Shown here: positions 36,645-49,500 of the stretch, in pieces
Layout: each line of letters starts with the position of its first letter
Position numbering within the stretch: position 1 is the first letter of the stretch
From: Blasia pusilla
Taxonomy: Eukaryota
DNA: 64,000 nucleotides
Direction: 5' to 3'
Assembly (NCBI GenBank): GCA_050084515.1
Contig: CM114271.1
Location: 40,858,001-40,922,000, forward strand
Translations under genes and position numbers: made by a program
The notes under the pieces: generated by a model
The model's input: the letters and a program-made list of their open reading frames with translations, nothing else
Told to the model about the DNA's origin: nothing
Database searches by the model: none

Positions 36645-37519
36645 AGAGCGAAGCACGAAGCACGAAGCACGAAGAAGAAGGAAGAATTTCGTCCTCCGGA
36701 AATTTAGCGCAGCGAAGCTCAGCATGATTGAGATTTGAACCGACACATAGTTTAAACAATTAGACTAGGAAAGGGCGCGACCCTTTGTATCAAATTGGTA
36801 GTTAGGGACGATTTTTGTACCGCATGATTCATAGGGATCGTAGGAAAAGCTAAGAGAACCATAGATCTAGGTAGTTACAGATATTGAAAAGACACACCCT
36901 TCATCAAGAACGCTTCGGATCATAGAAACGATCCTACTCTCGAGAATATTTAAGAAACAAGACAGAAGCTATTAGCATCATTCGCTCGTGACGTCCTTAT
37001 GTTGTAGGAATGGTCCGAGCAAGAGAGTTATACCCTCTCGAGCTTGTAGATACTTTGTAGTCTTCCAATTCTTGATAGAGTAATAAAGCATTCATTCATT
37101 CATTCGATGTGCGATGCTTATGTCCGAACATTCTTTTGGGTCTGCGAGAGTGAAGAGTGAATCAAAGCGAACCGTTCTCATCAATGGAATAATCAATATA
37201 AAGTTGTATGAAATCTGTTTGACTGAGAGTAACCTGCCCCGACGGATTGAGTTCCGAAAGTAGGAGAAGCCAGCTTTATTCTCGAGATCTCTCTGAGGTT
37301 CCGAAATGTTGAGAGAAAAAATTGCCTAAGCGTCCTTTAAATTCCACTCGAGAGAATTGAAGAAGAAAATATAGGTACTAAGAAGGATCGGAAGCTGATA
37401 CTGGAATACTACAATTGAATTACATAATCAATTACACTTTTACAACATAATCATCACCTTATACTCTCTTTTCATCCCACAATGATCCTCTTGGGGATCG
37501 AACTCTACAATTGACTGTA
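36645..37519 (+). repeat. 5' LTR (portion shared with the 3' LTR; the true right end lies further downstream and is unresolved)
   Basis: Matches 45656-46520; AATAAA near 37083. Confidence 0.85.
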
Positions 37520-38834
37520 TGGAACCCAGGGGCATACTGTACAAGAATGCCCTGCTCAGCGGGATCTGCGGTGGGTCCAGGAAAAGGCCCCTATTGAAGA
37601 AGGATGGTATGATGCAGAACAGTGGGAAGGGTGCTATGTCCTTATATAGCGATCCATGGATGTCAATAGGCCTGCTCAAGTAGGGTTTAACACTAGTTGT
37701 GCTATCTTCCTTGTGTACAAGCGTAAAATAGTTTATAGGGATTTTATAGTTAGGAATTTCGGGGTCCGATGTTACGAAAAAGTGATCGCCTCGTCACTTC
37801 CATTTGTGATACCTGTCGTGAGAGAATGGAGAGTGTACATCATAATTTTGTATTGAAAAAGGAGAACTTATTAGAGAGTTCACCTTGCATCGACCGCATC
37901 TACCGCAGCTAGAAGGCCCGTAATGAGTTCATAATGTTGGGCCTAGCCCGTATCAAAAGATCCAGAAAAGCAAGAGGAATCCCTTAAACCGATGGTAAGG
38001 AGAGCGCTATGTGTGAAATTGCGTATACAAATCTATGAGCACATTTAGGAGAGAAGGAGGTCCAAAGATCCCAAGAACTTTGGAAAACTCAATCTTAAGT
38101 GGAAAAAAGAAGACCCTAAAGTTCAAGCTTGAGAAGATGAACACATTGGGCCTTAGATTGAAAAGATTGGATCACCATGGAAATAGTTACAAGCAAAATT
38201 CTAGACGTCCCTCCATCTCCTCCGCCATAGTCCTCCTCCTCCATCGAATCAGTTCCAAGAATTTCACCACATGGATCTAGTAGTATCCACGTGGTGAAAT
38301 TAGATTTATTAAGATGGAACATAGTAGGTTTCACAAGATTAGAAAAGATTTGTAAAAGAAAGTGAAGATCGTAGTAGAAAACATAAGTTAACAAGGGAGT
38401 GTCTATTAAAAACTCTCTTTTTTGGAAATTTTCTTAATTTTTCCCGCTAGTGAACTTGAAGGCCGTGTTTGAGCTCTAGTCTTTTAAATGGGTTATCATG
38501 TAACCTTATTTCTAGTTGAACTGAGTGGTTTCTATTGGGTATGGGATGTTAGTGAGATTCGTTTCTTTGAAAATAGCTAGATGACTAAAAGATGAACTTT
38601 AAAAAAAATAGAAATCTTTGGGGTAGTGACCATATAATTTTTCCTTTACATTACCCCAAAAAAAATTTCACATTAAGCACCTCTCCTCATTTGGCCATAA
38701 CATGTCTTCTCGAATTGAATTTCACTAGGTTATGGTCGTGAATTAATTATTTCCCTAAGTATGGAAATCTTTAAAAATTTCTTATTCATTCATGGGATTG
38801 GAAAAGTTCTATTGACGATACGTCAAGGGTTTCA

Positions 38835-41800
38835 GTCCGATTGCGAAGTTCTCATGCCCTCCAATACCCGATAAGTGGGCAACGCCCATTGAATAGGTGT
38901 TAAGGGATGTACGCCATACGTCAGGAAGAACGGGGTGTAGTTTGTCGTCACCTTCTCAGCCGTTCGGTACGCCCATAATGCTGGGGCAATTTTTGTGTCC
39001 CAATCATAGGAATAGGTTACCGTTAATCGATTCAATATTCGGCAAATGAGGGCGTTCGATTTTTCCGTCAACCCGTTGGCTTTAGGGTTGTAGGGAGTGG
39101 TTTTCCAATGCTTAATGAGAAAGTGGGAAGTGAGAGACTCAATAGTGTGGTTCAAGAAGTGCGTCCCCCGGTCACTGACTAGTTCCAACGGACAGCCATA
39201 ACGCGTGATAATCATCTCGTATAAAAACTTAGCCATTGTTTCTTTGTCATCTTTCCGCATGGCTTTGCTTCAACCATCTTAGTACAATAGTGCGTGGCGA
39301 TAAGAATATACTTCCGCCGGGTTTGGCGAGTGGCCGGGAGATAGGGCCTACGGGAAGTCAATGCCCCATTTTTCAAAAGGAGCTAGGGGCATGATGGGGA
39401 CCAAAGGCCACCGCAGAGTCGCCGTGGGTCGACCGCCTTTGACACGCATCACAACTCCGAATAAAATTACTACGTCTTTGTACATAGTCGCCACCAATAT
39501 CGTGCGGCCAAAATTTTCTTCACGGTATTTTTTTACCGCATAGTGTCCACCGGAATCAGCCATATGCAGAGCTCTGATGAGCTGGGGAACCTCTTCAGCT
39601 TCCAAGCATCTTCGATGCTCTTCATCAACACCTAATTTGAATAAGACCCTTGATGAGCTCATAAGGGCCTATCCGATGTAAAAAGCGCGCGTTCTTCCGC
39701 TGTCATCGGGGCAGGAAGTCGCAGAGTCATTAGAAAACGCAGAATATCCGCATACAACAACCGGCTCAACCGTTCCTCTGTTATCTGGAACAGATCTTCA
39801 TCGGGAAAGGTATCATCGACAGATTGGGTGACGTCCGCGTTTGTCATTCTCAACCGGGAAAGAAAATCGGCATTGGTATGCACCTTGCCGACACGGGTCA
39901 CCACATCGAATGTGAATTCTTGTAGCAACAAGATCCACCGTGCAATGTGCCCTGACAGGTCGGCTTTCACCATTAAGGGTCTGAGTGCAAAATGATCCAC
40001 ATGAAAGACAAATTCGTACCCTAATAAATAGTGTCGGAACTTTTTACACGAGAAGACCATGCCTAACGCCTCTCGTTCGGTGGTTGTATATTTTTGCTCT
40101 GCCGCCGATAGTTGTCGGCCGGCGTAGTAAATTGGAAAATCATGTTTGTGCTCATCCAATTGGTGAGCACTACTCCAATGGCAAATGAGGCGTGTCTACA
40201 TACACGTGGAAGGGTTTGGTCCAATCGAGGGACCGAAGTACAGGAGCCTTTTGCAATGCGTCTTTTAAGGTGTCGAATGGCACTTGGCACGCTGGTGTCC
40301 ACTCCCATTCGGTGGTCTTCTTAAGTAATGAAGAAGAGCGCATGCTTTTACCGCGTAATCTTTAATGAACCGTCGATAATACCCGACATGTCCCAAGAAT
40401 CCTCTCAATTCCGGAGATTAGTGGGTGGTTCCAATGCGACGATAATATCCACCTTGGCCTTGTCGACCTCAATTCCTTGCGCCGACACTCGGTGTCCCAA
40501 AGAGAATTCCTTGTTTCATAGCGATATAGGATTTGTCCGGATGAAGGGACAAATGCACTTCGCGGCAAGCGTGAGTGTTAACTCTAACTTTTCAAGATGT
40601 TCGGCCTCCGTGCTAAAGATACAAAAATCTTCTAAAAGATTTGACGAACTTCGAAGATACTCCTGGAAGATGGAGATCATCATCCGTTGGAAAGTAGCTC
40701 GGGCATTGCACAACCCAAAAGGCATTACGCGATATGCGAAAGTTCCCCAGTCCGTCGTGAACGTTGTGAGGGGACGATCCTTTTCTCTTATGGATACCTG
40801 GTTGTACCCCGAATACCCGTCCAAAAAGGTATAACGCTCATACCCGGCCACTTGATCCAAAATACCATCGGTGAAAGGTAGAGGATGGTGGTCTTTTAAG
40901 GTGGCCGCATTTAATTTCCGATAGTCCTGGCACACTCGGATTTTGCCCGTTTGTTTTTTAGGCACAATTACGATGGGCGACACCCACTCGCCGCTTAACA
41001 CCGGATAGATTATTCTGCCTCGAAGACGCTGATCGATCTCGCCCTTGACTAACAATGAGTACTTTGGGTTCAGTCGATATTGTCGCATTCGCACCGGGAC
41101 CGCGCCTTCTTTAAGATCAATTCGGTGTTCACCATATTGTGCGGGAATGCCTCTCATTTCATCCATAGAGTATGCAAAGACATCCAAATACTCAAATAGT
41201 AGTCTTTTATATTTTATAAGTGTGGTAGGAGACAAACCACGAAAGGCGTAGAGATTTTTGATGCAATATTGACTGGACATAGTCCCGCTCTGAACCATGT
41301 TTTCGTTAAACTCGAAGGTGCTATGACCTAGCTTCTCTTCCTCTCGAGTCGACCTTGGCTTGGAGGGTATTGCCTCCTCATCTATTTCATAACATTATAA
41401 GTAATATACATTGGACGAGGACTCAGTAGCGGTGGTGTTGTCTTGATCTGACGTATAGCCGTCGTCAGTTGGTGGCGTCTCTCCTTGAGGTGGTCGAGAT
41501 TTCCACGACAGCTTGATGAGCCGCCTCGAGTCCTGATTCGGCGCCTAGAATGTGAACCGTCGCCTTTTCCAATCTGTAGTCACTCTCGCGCCATACAGTC
41601 AGGGTCTTCCGATGAGCAAAGGATAGCCCGTCGCGTCGTGGGTCAAAATGTAAGACTAAGTAGTCCAACATAAACAACACCCCGAGCATGGTCGGAATTT
41701 GCGTGAGTGTCGAGGGGTCTCTTCCGGATTGATCCGCATGAACCGCAAGTACTTGTCTGTGGGTTCGTACACCGTGTACCCTAGGGCCCGAGCTGTTTGC

Positions 41801-42834
41801 TCCGTCATAATATTGATTCCGCTTCCGGAATCAATAGGGACCTTCTTAATAGTATGGCCCTCAATCTCCATCTCCACTTCGGGGGCTCCCAAGTCCTCGA
41901 CTTCGATACGGAATAGGTCCACCACTTGCAGCTGCTTCGCTGCCTTCCTGGGTCTTTTGCGGCTGATTTTTCATTGCTGCAGGATTTTTCCGTATACCGG
42001 GTTATCCATTAGCAACCGCAGCAGGTTATGTTGGCGGGGTTGACGCCAAGTTCCTCAAGAAATAAATGACGCTTCTAGGACCCGATGGTGATGTCGCCAT
42101 GGCTTGATCGTCAGACTTGGGTTGGCCTTTGCCTTCTCGGGTCTGTTTCCCCTCTGGTTCCTGGGCCTCCCGACTTGAGCACGGACCTGGTCCTCCACGT
42201 CCGATGGAAGTATTTGGATGACTTCCGGTCAAAGGCCGGGTCCACATCGCTTTGAGGATGGCCTTTCCAGACGTAAGGTGTTCACCGCTTTGTTCTTGGG
42301 CTCCCCGACAAGGCAAGACAAGCACCCTTCTTTACCTTTGGGGTCCCCGCGGTCGACTCTTTGATCTCGTGGTAACCGCCAACAGCATTTCTTGAAATTC
42401 TTTGGGCGATCCGATGATTCTTCGTTGGCCCCTTGGGTGAGTCTTCCTCGCTGATGGTGACTCGCTTTGGTCTCGAGGACACTACTTCTTCCCCCGGACC
42501 AGTTGTACATTTACATCGTTCTTGGGCTCTGGTTGAGCCGCTGGAGTATTTACATACCTAACCAACAAACGTGGGACCTTAGGCTCCGGGCATTCCACGG
42601 CCGTGTGCCCGCCCTTCTTGCAGTTCCCGCATAAGGGATTGAGTCCCACTGGTCGCTTCAGGTCTAGGCAATTATTGGCCCGGTGGTCTCGCTGCGCCTA
42701 CGTTATAACAACAATTTCTCTTGATGGGTGGCGTGAAGGCCGCCGCACCCATAATCTGTCTCAGGGGTCTCTGTTCCCCGTATTCCAGAGGTACATACCG
42801 CGTGATCCAGCCTCTTCCAGGGTTTGGGGCGGAC
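38835..42834 (-). pseudogene. Inverted gag C-terminus (CCHC knuckles), protease, RT, RNase H and integrase core
   Basis: CGNCKKGGHTAVEC; VPIDSGSGINIM; EWVSPIVIVPKK...FLDGYSGYNQ...VMPFGLCNA; KYTTTEREALGM; PFEKWGIDF; LVSDRGTHF; YNPKANGLTEKSN. Many single-base frameshifts. Confidence 0.9.
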
Positions 42835-43176
42835 GAAGTTATCGAACACAGGAATGAGACTCTAGTGGAGTTGGAAGAAGCACGCATGCTCGCGTTACGA
42901 CGGACAGCCCAAGTGCAAAAAGAACGTAAGAAACGTTACGATCGACATCTCCGGCCACAATCTATCAATGTTGGCGACTTAGTGCTATTGTATGATAACC
43001 GGCGACTAAAGTTCCCCGGAAAATTAAAATTAAATTGGATGGGACCCTACCGGGTATTGGCCATCTATGGTAATGGATCCCTCCAATTAGAAACCTTACA
43101 GGGAGAATCCCTGCCCACGCGAGTCAATGGAATGCATGTGCGCCGGTATTATGAGCCCGAACCTCAGGATGACTGA
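42835..43176 (+). pseudogene. Integrase C-terminal GPY/F segment in the original orientation
   Basis: VGDLVLLYDNRRLKFPGKLKLNWMGPYRV...RVNGMHVRRY. Confidence 0.9.
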
Positions 43177-43436
43177 AACATGAGGAAGGGGGTAGGCGAA
43201 TGCCCCGTGCTTCGCGAAGTCACGGCACTGTACGAAGATATCTGATGCTTCACGAAGTAGCGAAGCACCGAAGTTCAGGCGGCCCATGCTTAGCGAAGCG
43301 GCGAGCGCAGAAGATAGGAAGGGAAGCGTGGCGAAGCGCGGCGCCCACTTTCTTATTCTGACCCGGCGCCACGACCAGAACGGACAGGGGGAAGCGGACT
43401 ATAAGAGCGATCTAAGCGTACCCAGCGGGTATTTTC

Positions 43437-45181
43437 ATGGGACGGATCACCACGGTTGCGTATGAGCGGTGCCAAAGCGCGGTGTCCATCGAGATCGACC
43501 TAGCAACATGCCTCGCGAAGATGCCACACCCATTCTGCGGGCGGCGATGCCGACGGTCAAGTCACCGAGCCGATCGAAGCTCGGAGGAGCGATCGTTGGC
43601 AACTTTCTTTCAAGCCAACTGGACTCTAACATCAGGAGAACTCCTGGGCAAGCTTTGCTCGACGTCTGCAGTCACCAAATTTCGAAAGAAGGGTCTTCGG
43701 TATCGAGCTCAGCCCCAACACTGGACGGCGGACGATCGAGAGCAACTTATTCGCTCCCGCCGCGCAGAGTACGAGTATGACACGGAGTTGCTCGTCAAAC
43801 ATGAAGATCTTTTAGCACTCGGCTGTGTCACGTCTGAGCGCTTGGGCAGGAACGGCTACAAGGCTTCGTCACTCTCTCCGCCCGTCTTTGGTCAGTTTTG
43901 CAAACATCTGATGACCCTGTTTTATCCCGCTCGTTATTACTATCTGACGAACAAGATCTTGAAGATGTGCTTCATCATCTGGAATCAACACCTCGACCCC
44001 GAAGCCCCAGGAGTCGACTTTGCTGCTTTTGTGGACGGGCACGTACGAGGAATGGTGGACGTGCTTCATCCAAGCACGAAGTCCTTCCTATCTCCTTTCT
44101 TGATTCACCTTTATATTCACAACCAGGAATTGACCGCAGAGGTGGCGTTAGACTGGTCGCAAGTGACCCCCGTCCGACTACCACGGAAAGGCGCAACTAG
44201 TACCAGGGGTAGCCGCGAAGTCACCCCGCCCTCCGAAGCACCTCAGCAACATCCGCACACGCCGGCTTTGAAGAAAGAAGCTATCAACGAAATGCCTCGG
44301 CCAAAGCGAGGCCGGGTCAATTTTGAATCACACCCTACCCTTAACTTGTCATGCGAGGAGGATTCCACGAGACCCGCGGGCAAGGGATCATCAACCTATG
44401 CTTGGCGTCTCATGTCGCAGACGTCAGGCTGGCGGCGACATGATGTGGTTCTTGCAATTGGCGATTCCGTCATGAACCAACTCCGGGTTCTTCAACTCGA
44501 GGATACGGCGTCCGTGGGCGATTATTTAGAAGGCTTGCACGACCTCAAGCTGCAGAGCCCAAGCTTCGGACCCCACAATCGGTGGCGTCGAGTAGCGTAA
44601 ACGAATATGCAAATCTGAACCAGGAACTCGAAGAAACGCAGACCACGCCGCCAAAACTCAGGCGACTTGGTCGGTGTCGATCTGAAGATTTAAGGAACGC
44701 ACGCCAAAGGGAAAGTTTGGCGCTTAACCTCGAATGTGGGGCGGATCAGTTAGTTTTGCAGATCAAGGAGGCTTCGCACCTCATTGACAAGTATCGACAT
44801 CAGATACAGCAGGTTCACACCGAATTCAAGAAGTTGTCGATCCAGCATGCCGAGTCTTCAAAGCTGCTTCAAGAACATCAAGAAGTGAACAAAGACTTAC
44901 TGGCACAGTGGACGGAGGCTACCGAGAGGATCGCTGTCTTGGAGGCAGAGCAGAAGCTACTCAACGAAGCCCAGATGGACCCAGACGATGTCAAAGAACT
45001 GGTCGACGAAGCAAGCAAGAACTTCAAAGAGCAGATGAACGAGGAAATCGACTACATCAACAAACATTGGAAGCGCCAATTCAAAAATCATACTAAATCT
45101 CTTCCAGAAGTAGTACCCACTCTTTCCATTACTCTTGAAGAATTACCAAAGATTCACTCCATCGATGTCTTAGTCGAATGA
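43437..45181 (+). pseudogene. Extra 3' ORF(s) of the inner LTR element, unknown function, C-terminal coiled-coil-like
   Basis: Overlapping 387-aa and 199-aa frames between pol and the PPT; the second is E/Q/K/L-rich and heptad-like. Confidence 0.6.
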
Positions 45182-45381
45182 AGTCTCGGAGTCACTTAGT
45201 TGTTAACAAGTCGTGAGAAAGAATGCGCAATCATACCCCTTACATTATCAACAAACCTTCTACAATTCATGGCCGTTTGGTGCCTACCCCTGAATTTGAT
45301 AGTTTAGACGACAAATTTATGGAGATAGCAGATACATCATGAAGTGTTCGCCGGGGCGGCTCACATTTGAGGGAGGGGGTA

Positions 45382-46520
45382 TGTGATACCCACAATTTTG
45401 TAATCTTGAAGAATATATCTTTTTATTCAACGAAGACTCTTGTATATTATGATTTTGATTATGATTATCTATTAGTATGAAGAAGAAAAAGTGAATCACC
45501 AAGCTCCGAAGACAAGGCAGAGAGATAAAGATCAAGGATTTGCCTTAGAGGAGAATCAAAAGCTGAAAAGAAGCTCAGCGAAGCTTAACAGAGTTTAACA
45601 AAGTCTAACGAAGCTCAACGAAGCTCTATATACGAAGTACTTTGCTCTTGAACGAAGAGCGAAGCACGAAGCACGAAGAAGAAGGAAGAATTTCGTCCTC
45701 CGGAAATTTAGCGCAGCGAAGCTCAGCATGATTGAGATTTGAACCGACACATAGTTTAAACAATTAGACTAGGAAAGGGCGCGATCCTTTGTATCAAATT
45801 GGTAGTTAGGACAGTTTTGTACCGTGGATTCATAGGGATCGTAGGAAAAGCTAAGAGAACCATAGATCTAGGTAGTTACAGATATTGAAAAGACACACCC
45901 TTCATCAAGAACGCTTCGGATCATAGAAACGATCCTACTCTCGAGAATATTTAAGAAACAAGACAGAAGCTATTAGCATCATTCGCTCATGACGTCCTTA
46001 TGTTGTAGGAATGGTCCGAGCAAGAGAGTTATACCCTCTCGAGCTTGTAGATACTTTGTAGTCTTCCAATTCTTGATAGAGTAATAAAGCATTCATTCAT
46101 TCATTCTGATGTGCGATGCTTATGTCTGAACATTCTTTTTGGGTCTGCCGAGTGAAGAGTGAATCAGGCGAACCGTTCTCATCAATGGAATAATCAATAT
46201 AAAGTTGTATGAAATCTGTTTGACAGAGAGTAACCTGCCCCGACGGATTGAGTTCCGAAAGTAGGAGAAGCCAGCTTTATTCTCGAGATCTCTCTGAGGT
46301 TCCGAAATGTTGAGAGAACAAATTTCCTGAGCGTCCTTTAAACTCCAGTCGAGAGAATTGAAGAAGAAAACATAGGTACTAAGAAGGATCGGAAGCTGAT
46401 ACTGGAATACTACAATTGAATTACATAATCAATTACACTTTTACAACATAATCATCACCTTATACTCTCTTTTCATCCAACAATGATCCTCTTGGGGATC
46501 GAACTCTACAATTGACTGTA
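45382..46520 (+). repeat. 3' LTR (right-truncated)
   Basis: Begins TGTGATACC after the PPT; homology with the 5' LTR stops at TTGACTGTA. Confidence 0.85.
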
Positions 46521-49500
46521 AATAAGAAACACTTAGACATTACACAATCCGTCGGAGTCCGACGGGTTGAAACTAGGCAATCACAAATCTGAATGCAATC
46601 CGTCGGACTCCAATGGGTTGCATAATTTAGCTCGTTGCTAGAATCCGACTTTGAGCTGTGACGACCTGTCGAAGTCCGACGGGTTGCAGGAACCCATGTA
46701 CCTTACAAAATTTCTTATATTGAGTTTGGATGTGCAGGATTGTATCGGAGGGGAATGTCACCCACCACTGGATCCATGATTGCGATCGGGTGAAGAAAGT
46801 GCTTACGACGCACCCAGCAGAGTAGAAGGGGTTCTTGGGCGAGGCCCTGGTAAATCAGATGCTGGAAAAGGGTGCACAAATCAAAAAGAAGACTTGGACA
46901 AATAAGTTTATTTCCCAAGATGCTGCCGTCACAATCCTTTGCTGGTCGAAGATACATGCCGCGAAGAAGAGCGTTGCATTGGAGCTGGAGCGGAGGGAGA
47001 AAGTATCTGTGTCTAAGCGTGCAAAATTCATCCAAGGTGCAGTATCTACAGCTACGAAGTACACGGCAAGCAAGATGTACCGCTATATTGCCATTCTTAA
47101 CCCCAAACTTGGTCCGGGGTTTTACAAGGAGCTGAAGGTGATAATCAAGCGCCAATGGAAAAGGGATGAAGATCCGCAAGGTCCGATTCGGGAGAAAGTG
47201 TCTCTCGATCGCGTGCATCGATTTGCGTTGTCTAGAATAAGCAAATTTAGGAGAATCGGACTGATGAAAATCAGTCTCGAGGGCATAGAGGCCCAAAAGA
47301 GGGCGGCACACCATCGTTCGGGTGTCTCTGATTGTGTCCTCCCTCAGGCAGACCTTGACGAAGAAATCGAGGGGAAAAAGAGGGATCTCGCAAAGAAGAA
47401 GCGAGATCTTCAGGAGCAGGCGGCCGATGCAGTTTGACTAAGAGCTGCCCGACGTATGGTGTTCAGGTACTTCGTCCATTGTAAGAATGCAGGTGCATGG
47501 GGAAGAATACCGTAGCGTGCAAATTGTGGGCTTCTCCGCCTGATGGAGAGATATTCTCCATGTACGACACGAAGATGGCTCAGCGCATGTCCGATTGGGA
47601 GGTGAAAAATTTCCCGATTTGGCTGGACTTCAACGACCCTGAGGACATTACTGAGAAAGATTAACGCGTGCTTTATGATACAGTGGCCGCACGACGGGAC
47701 GACATCCCCAATTTTGTGCAGCCTGAAGACTTTTTCGAAGGAGATGCGGAAGAGCAAGCCCTCCGGACAGCGGAGTTGGCTTCCAAGGTCCACACAGCCA
47801 AAGACAAATCTACAGCGGGTCTCAAAGGCAAGGCGAGGGGAGCGAAGAATTCCAAGGCCGAGTCTTCCCAAAGAGAGGCTGAAGATTCAAGGCCAGAGCC
47901 GGAATCTTCCAGGCGAGCGGGGAGAGAGGGTCGGACCAGGTCCTCCGCAAAAAAAACCCCCCTAGAGTCTGAGGTCCTAGAGACCCCAACAAGCCGACCG
48001 CAAACTCGGGAGAAGCGGAAGCGAGAGGCGCCAGGGTTGTCCCAAGGAGAATACAGTCCATCATCCTTGGGAAGACATAGAGAAACAACGACCTGGACAA
48101 GCGTCCTCCTTCAATTCACGAATTTACTGGATGAGTTGAAAAGTTTCAGTTCTCAAGCGTCGACACCCGCCATTGATAAATTGACAACGTTGGGACGGAA
48201 GCTTCAACGAAACGGGCACGCTCCCTGGACGGTCAATGGAGTGGTCGAAGAGGTGGCGGTGGATCTATTGATCGCTGATTTGCCCTCGGGGTTGCGATTG
48301 TGGGACGAGAATCCGTCGGACGGAATCCTAGACTCGAATGTTCCCCTTTCTTATGACTAGATCGCGCTTCTGTTTTCCTTTGCAGACGCTTATCTGAGTG
48401 ACAGGGGCTGCTTCTTAGTTTTGACTGGAGGGAGCGAGGACGAGCTTTTCAACCTCTTGTGCGTCAAGAGGTTCGCTGAAGTGGAGGACGGCGCAATCGT
48501 GGATAATCAAGAACGAGTACCTACTCCGATCCACGACGAGTCAAATTCGGGTAAGGCTCTATTCCTGTCTCCAGATTATATTTCTCCGACGTGTTGTTTT
48601 TGTCCGTGAGCAACCCGTCGGAAGGCGACAAGTTGGTCATGGACAAAAACAACCCGTCGGACTGCGACAGGTTGCTCCAATGTTAGTATTATAAAGAAGT
48701 TCTCTAGGGTTAAGCAAAGTTCTTTGGTGACGTGTTGCACATTATGTCACCATACTGAGAGTAGACCAGTGGCCAAGTTGTTGACATTGTTTCCAACGTG
48801 CTTCTTTACAGATGGACCACTCCTATGTTTACTGCTTCGTTCGGCTTGAGCACAACTTCCAGGTGTTTAAGATCCAGGATCCTGTGGATCCATGCTCCGA
48901 TGGGTACAACTTAGATAGTTTATACGATTCCCTCCCGAGAATTTACATGCAAGACGGTACCCCACTACTTGGAGGAAGGGAAAAGTCGCCAGCCCTGATG
49001 CAAACGCTCATCGAGCTCTGCTCAAGGCCGGGTGACTTGGTGTTCGACTTAGTGGGCCTTTCAGGGGCGAGTATCAAAGGCGCCTGGCAGAGTGGCAGGA
49101 ACATTCTCTGCCTCGAGGGAAGGCAGGAACTATTTGACCTTTGCAAGGAGGCAAAGGCAGATTATGACAGGCTAGTTGGGGCGTACAACTCTCCCCCGAA
49201 GCCGAGAGCTCCGGTTCCAGACCCACCATTGGTAGTGACACCATCGTTACTTCCAACGATTCCGAAAATCGGGAGGGCAAGGCCGAAAGTAATTTTGCAA
49301 GAGCTCTCGGACGATGACGAGAGAGTTCAAAGAACTCAAGGACCCAGCTTGACTACAAAATTTGGAGTAGGGATTTATTTGATGATGAGGCAAAAGATTT
49401 CATAGAATAGATTAAATGTACAGTTTCGAGCTTCTTTCGGATGTAATAAAGGAGAAATTTTTTTCGAACGATGGTGGTGTTTCTAAAAGTTTGTTGAATA

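Larger units (their letters stand above)
36645..46520 (+). mobile_element. Non-chromovirus Ty3/gypsy (Athila/Tat-like) LTR retrotransposon, both outer ends truncated, internally inverted
   Basis: Near-identical direct repeat of about 870 bp (36645-37519 / 45656-46520). PPT GAGGGAGGGGG at 45369-45379 followed by TG at 45382. gag-pol domains lie inside. Confidence 0.9.
36481..49405 (+). pseudogene. MULE ORF2: large multi-exon protein with C-terminal beta-class amino-(N6A/N4C)-DNA methyltransferase-like domain, interrupted by an LTR element
   Basis: Pieces at 36481-36641, 46738-48550 and 48812-49405. Motifs in beta order: VDLLIADLPSG, AYLSDRGCFLV, SWIIKN, DHSYVYCFVR, REKSPALMQTLIELCSRPGDLVFDLVGLSGAS, GRNILCLE, ELFDLCKE. 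GT-AG intron at 48551-48811. Confidence 0.7.

Noticed and set aside
37925-37960. Primer-binding site of the inner LTR element (TGGGCCTAGCCCG)
   Set aside because: Could not match it confidently to a tRNA 3' end; the LTR end is left unresolved.
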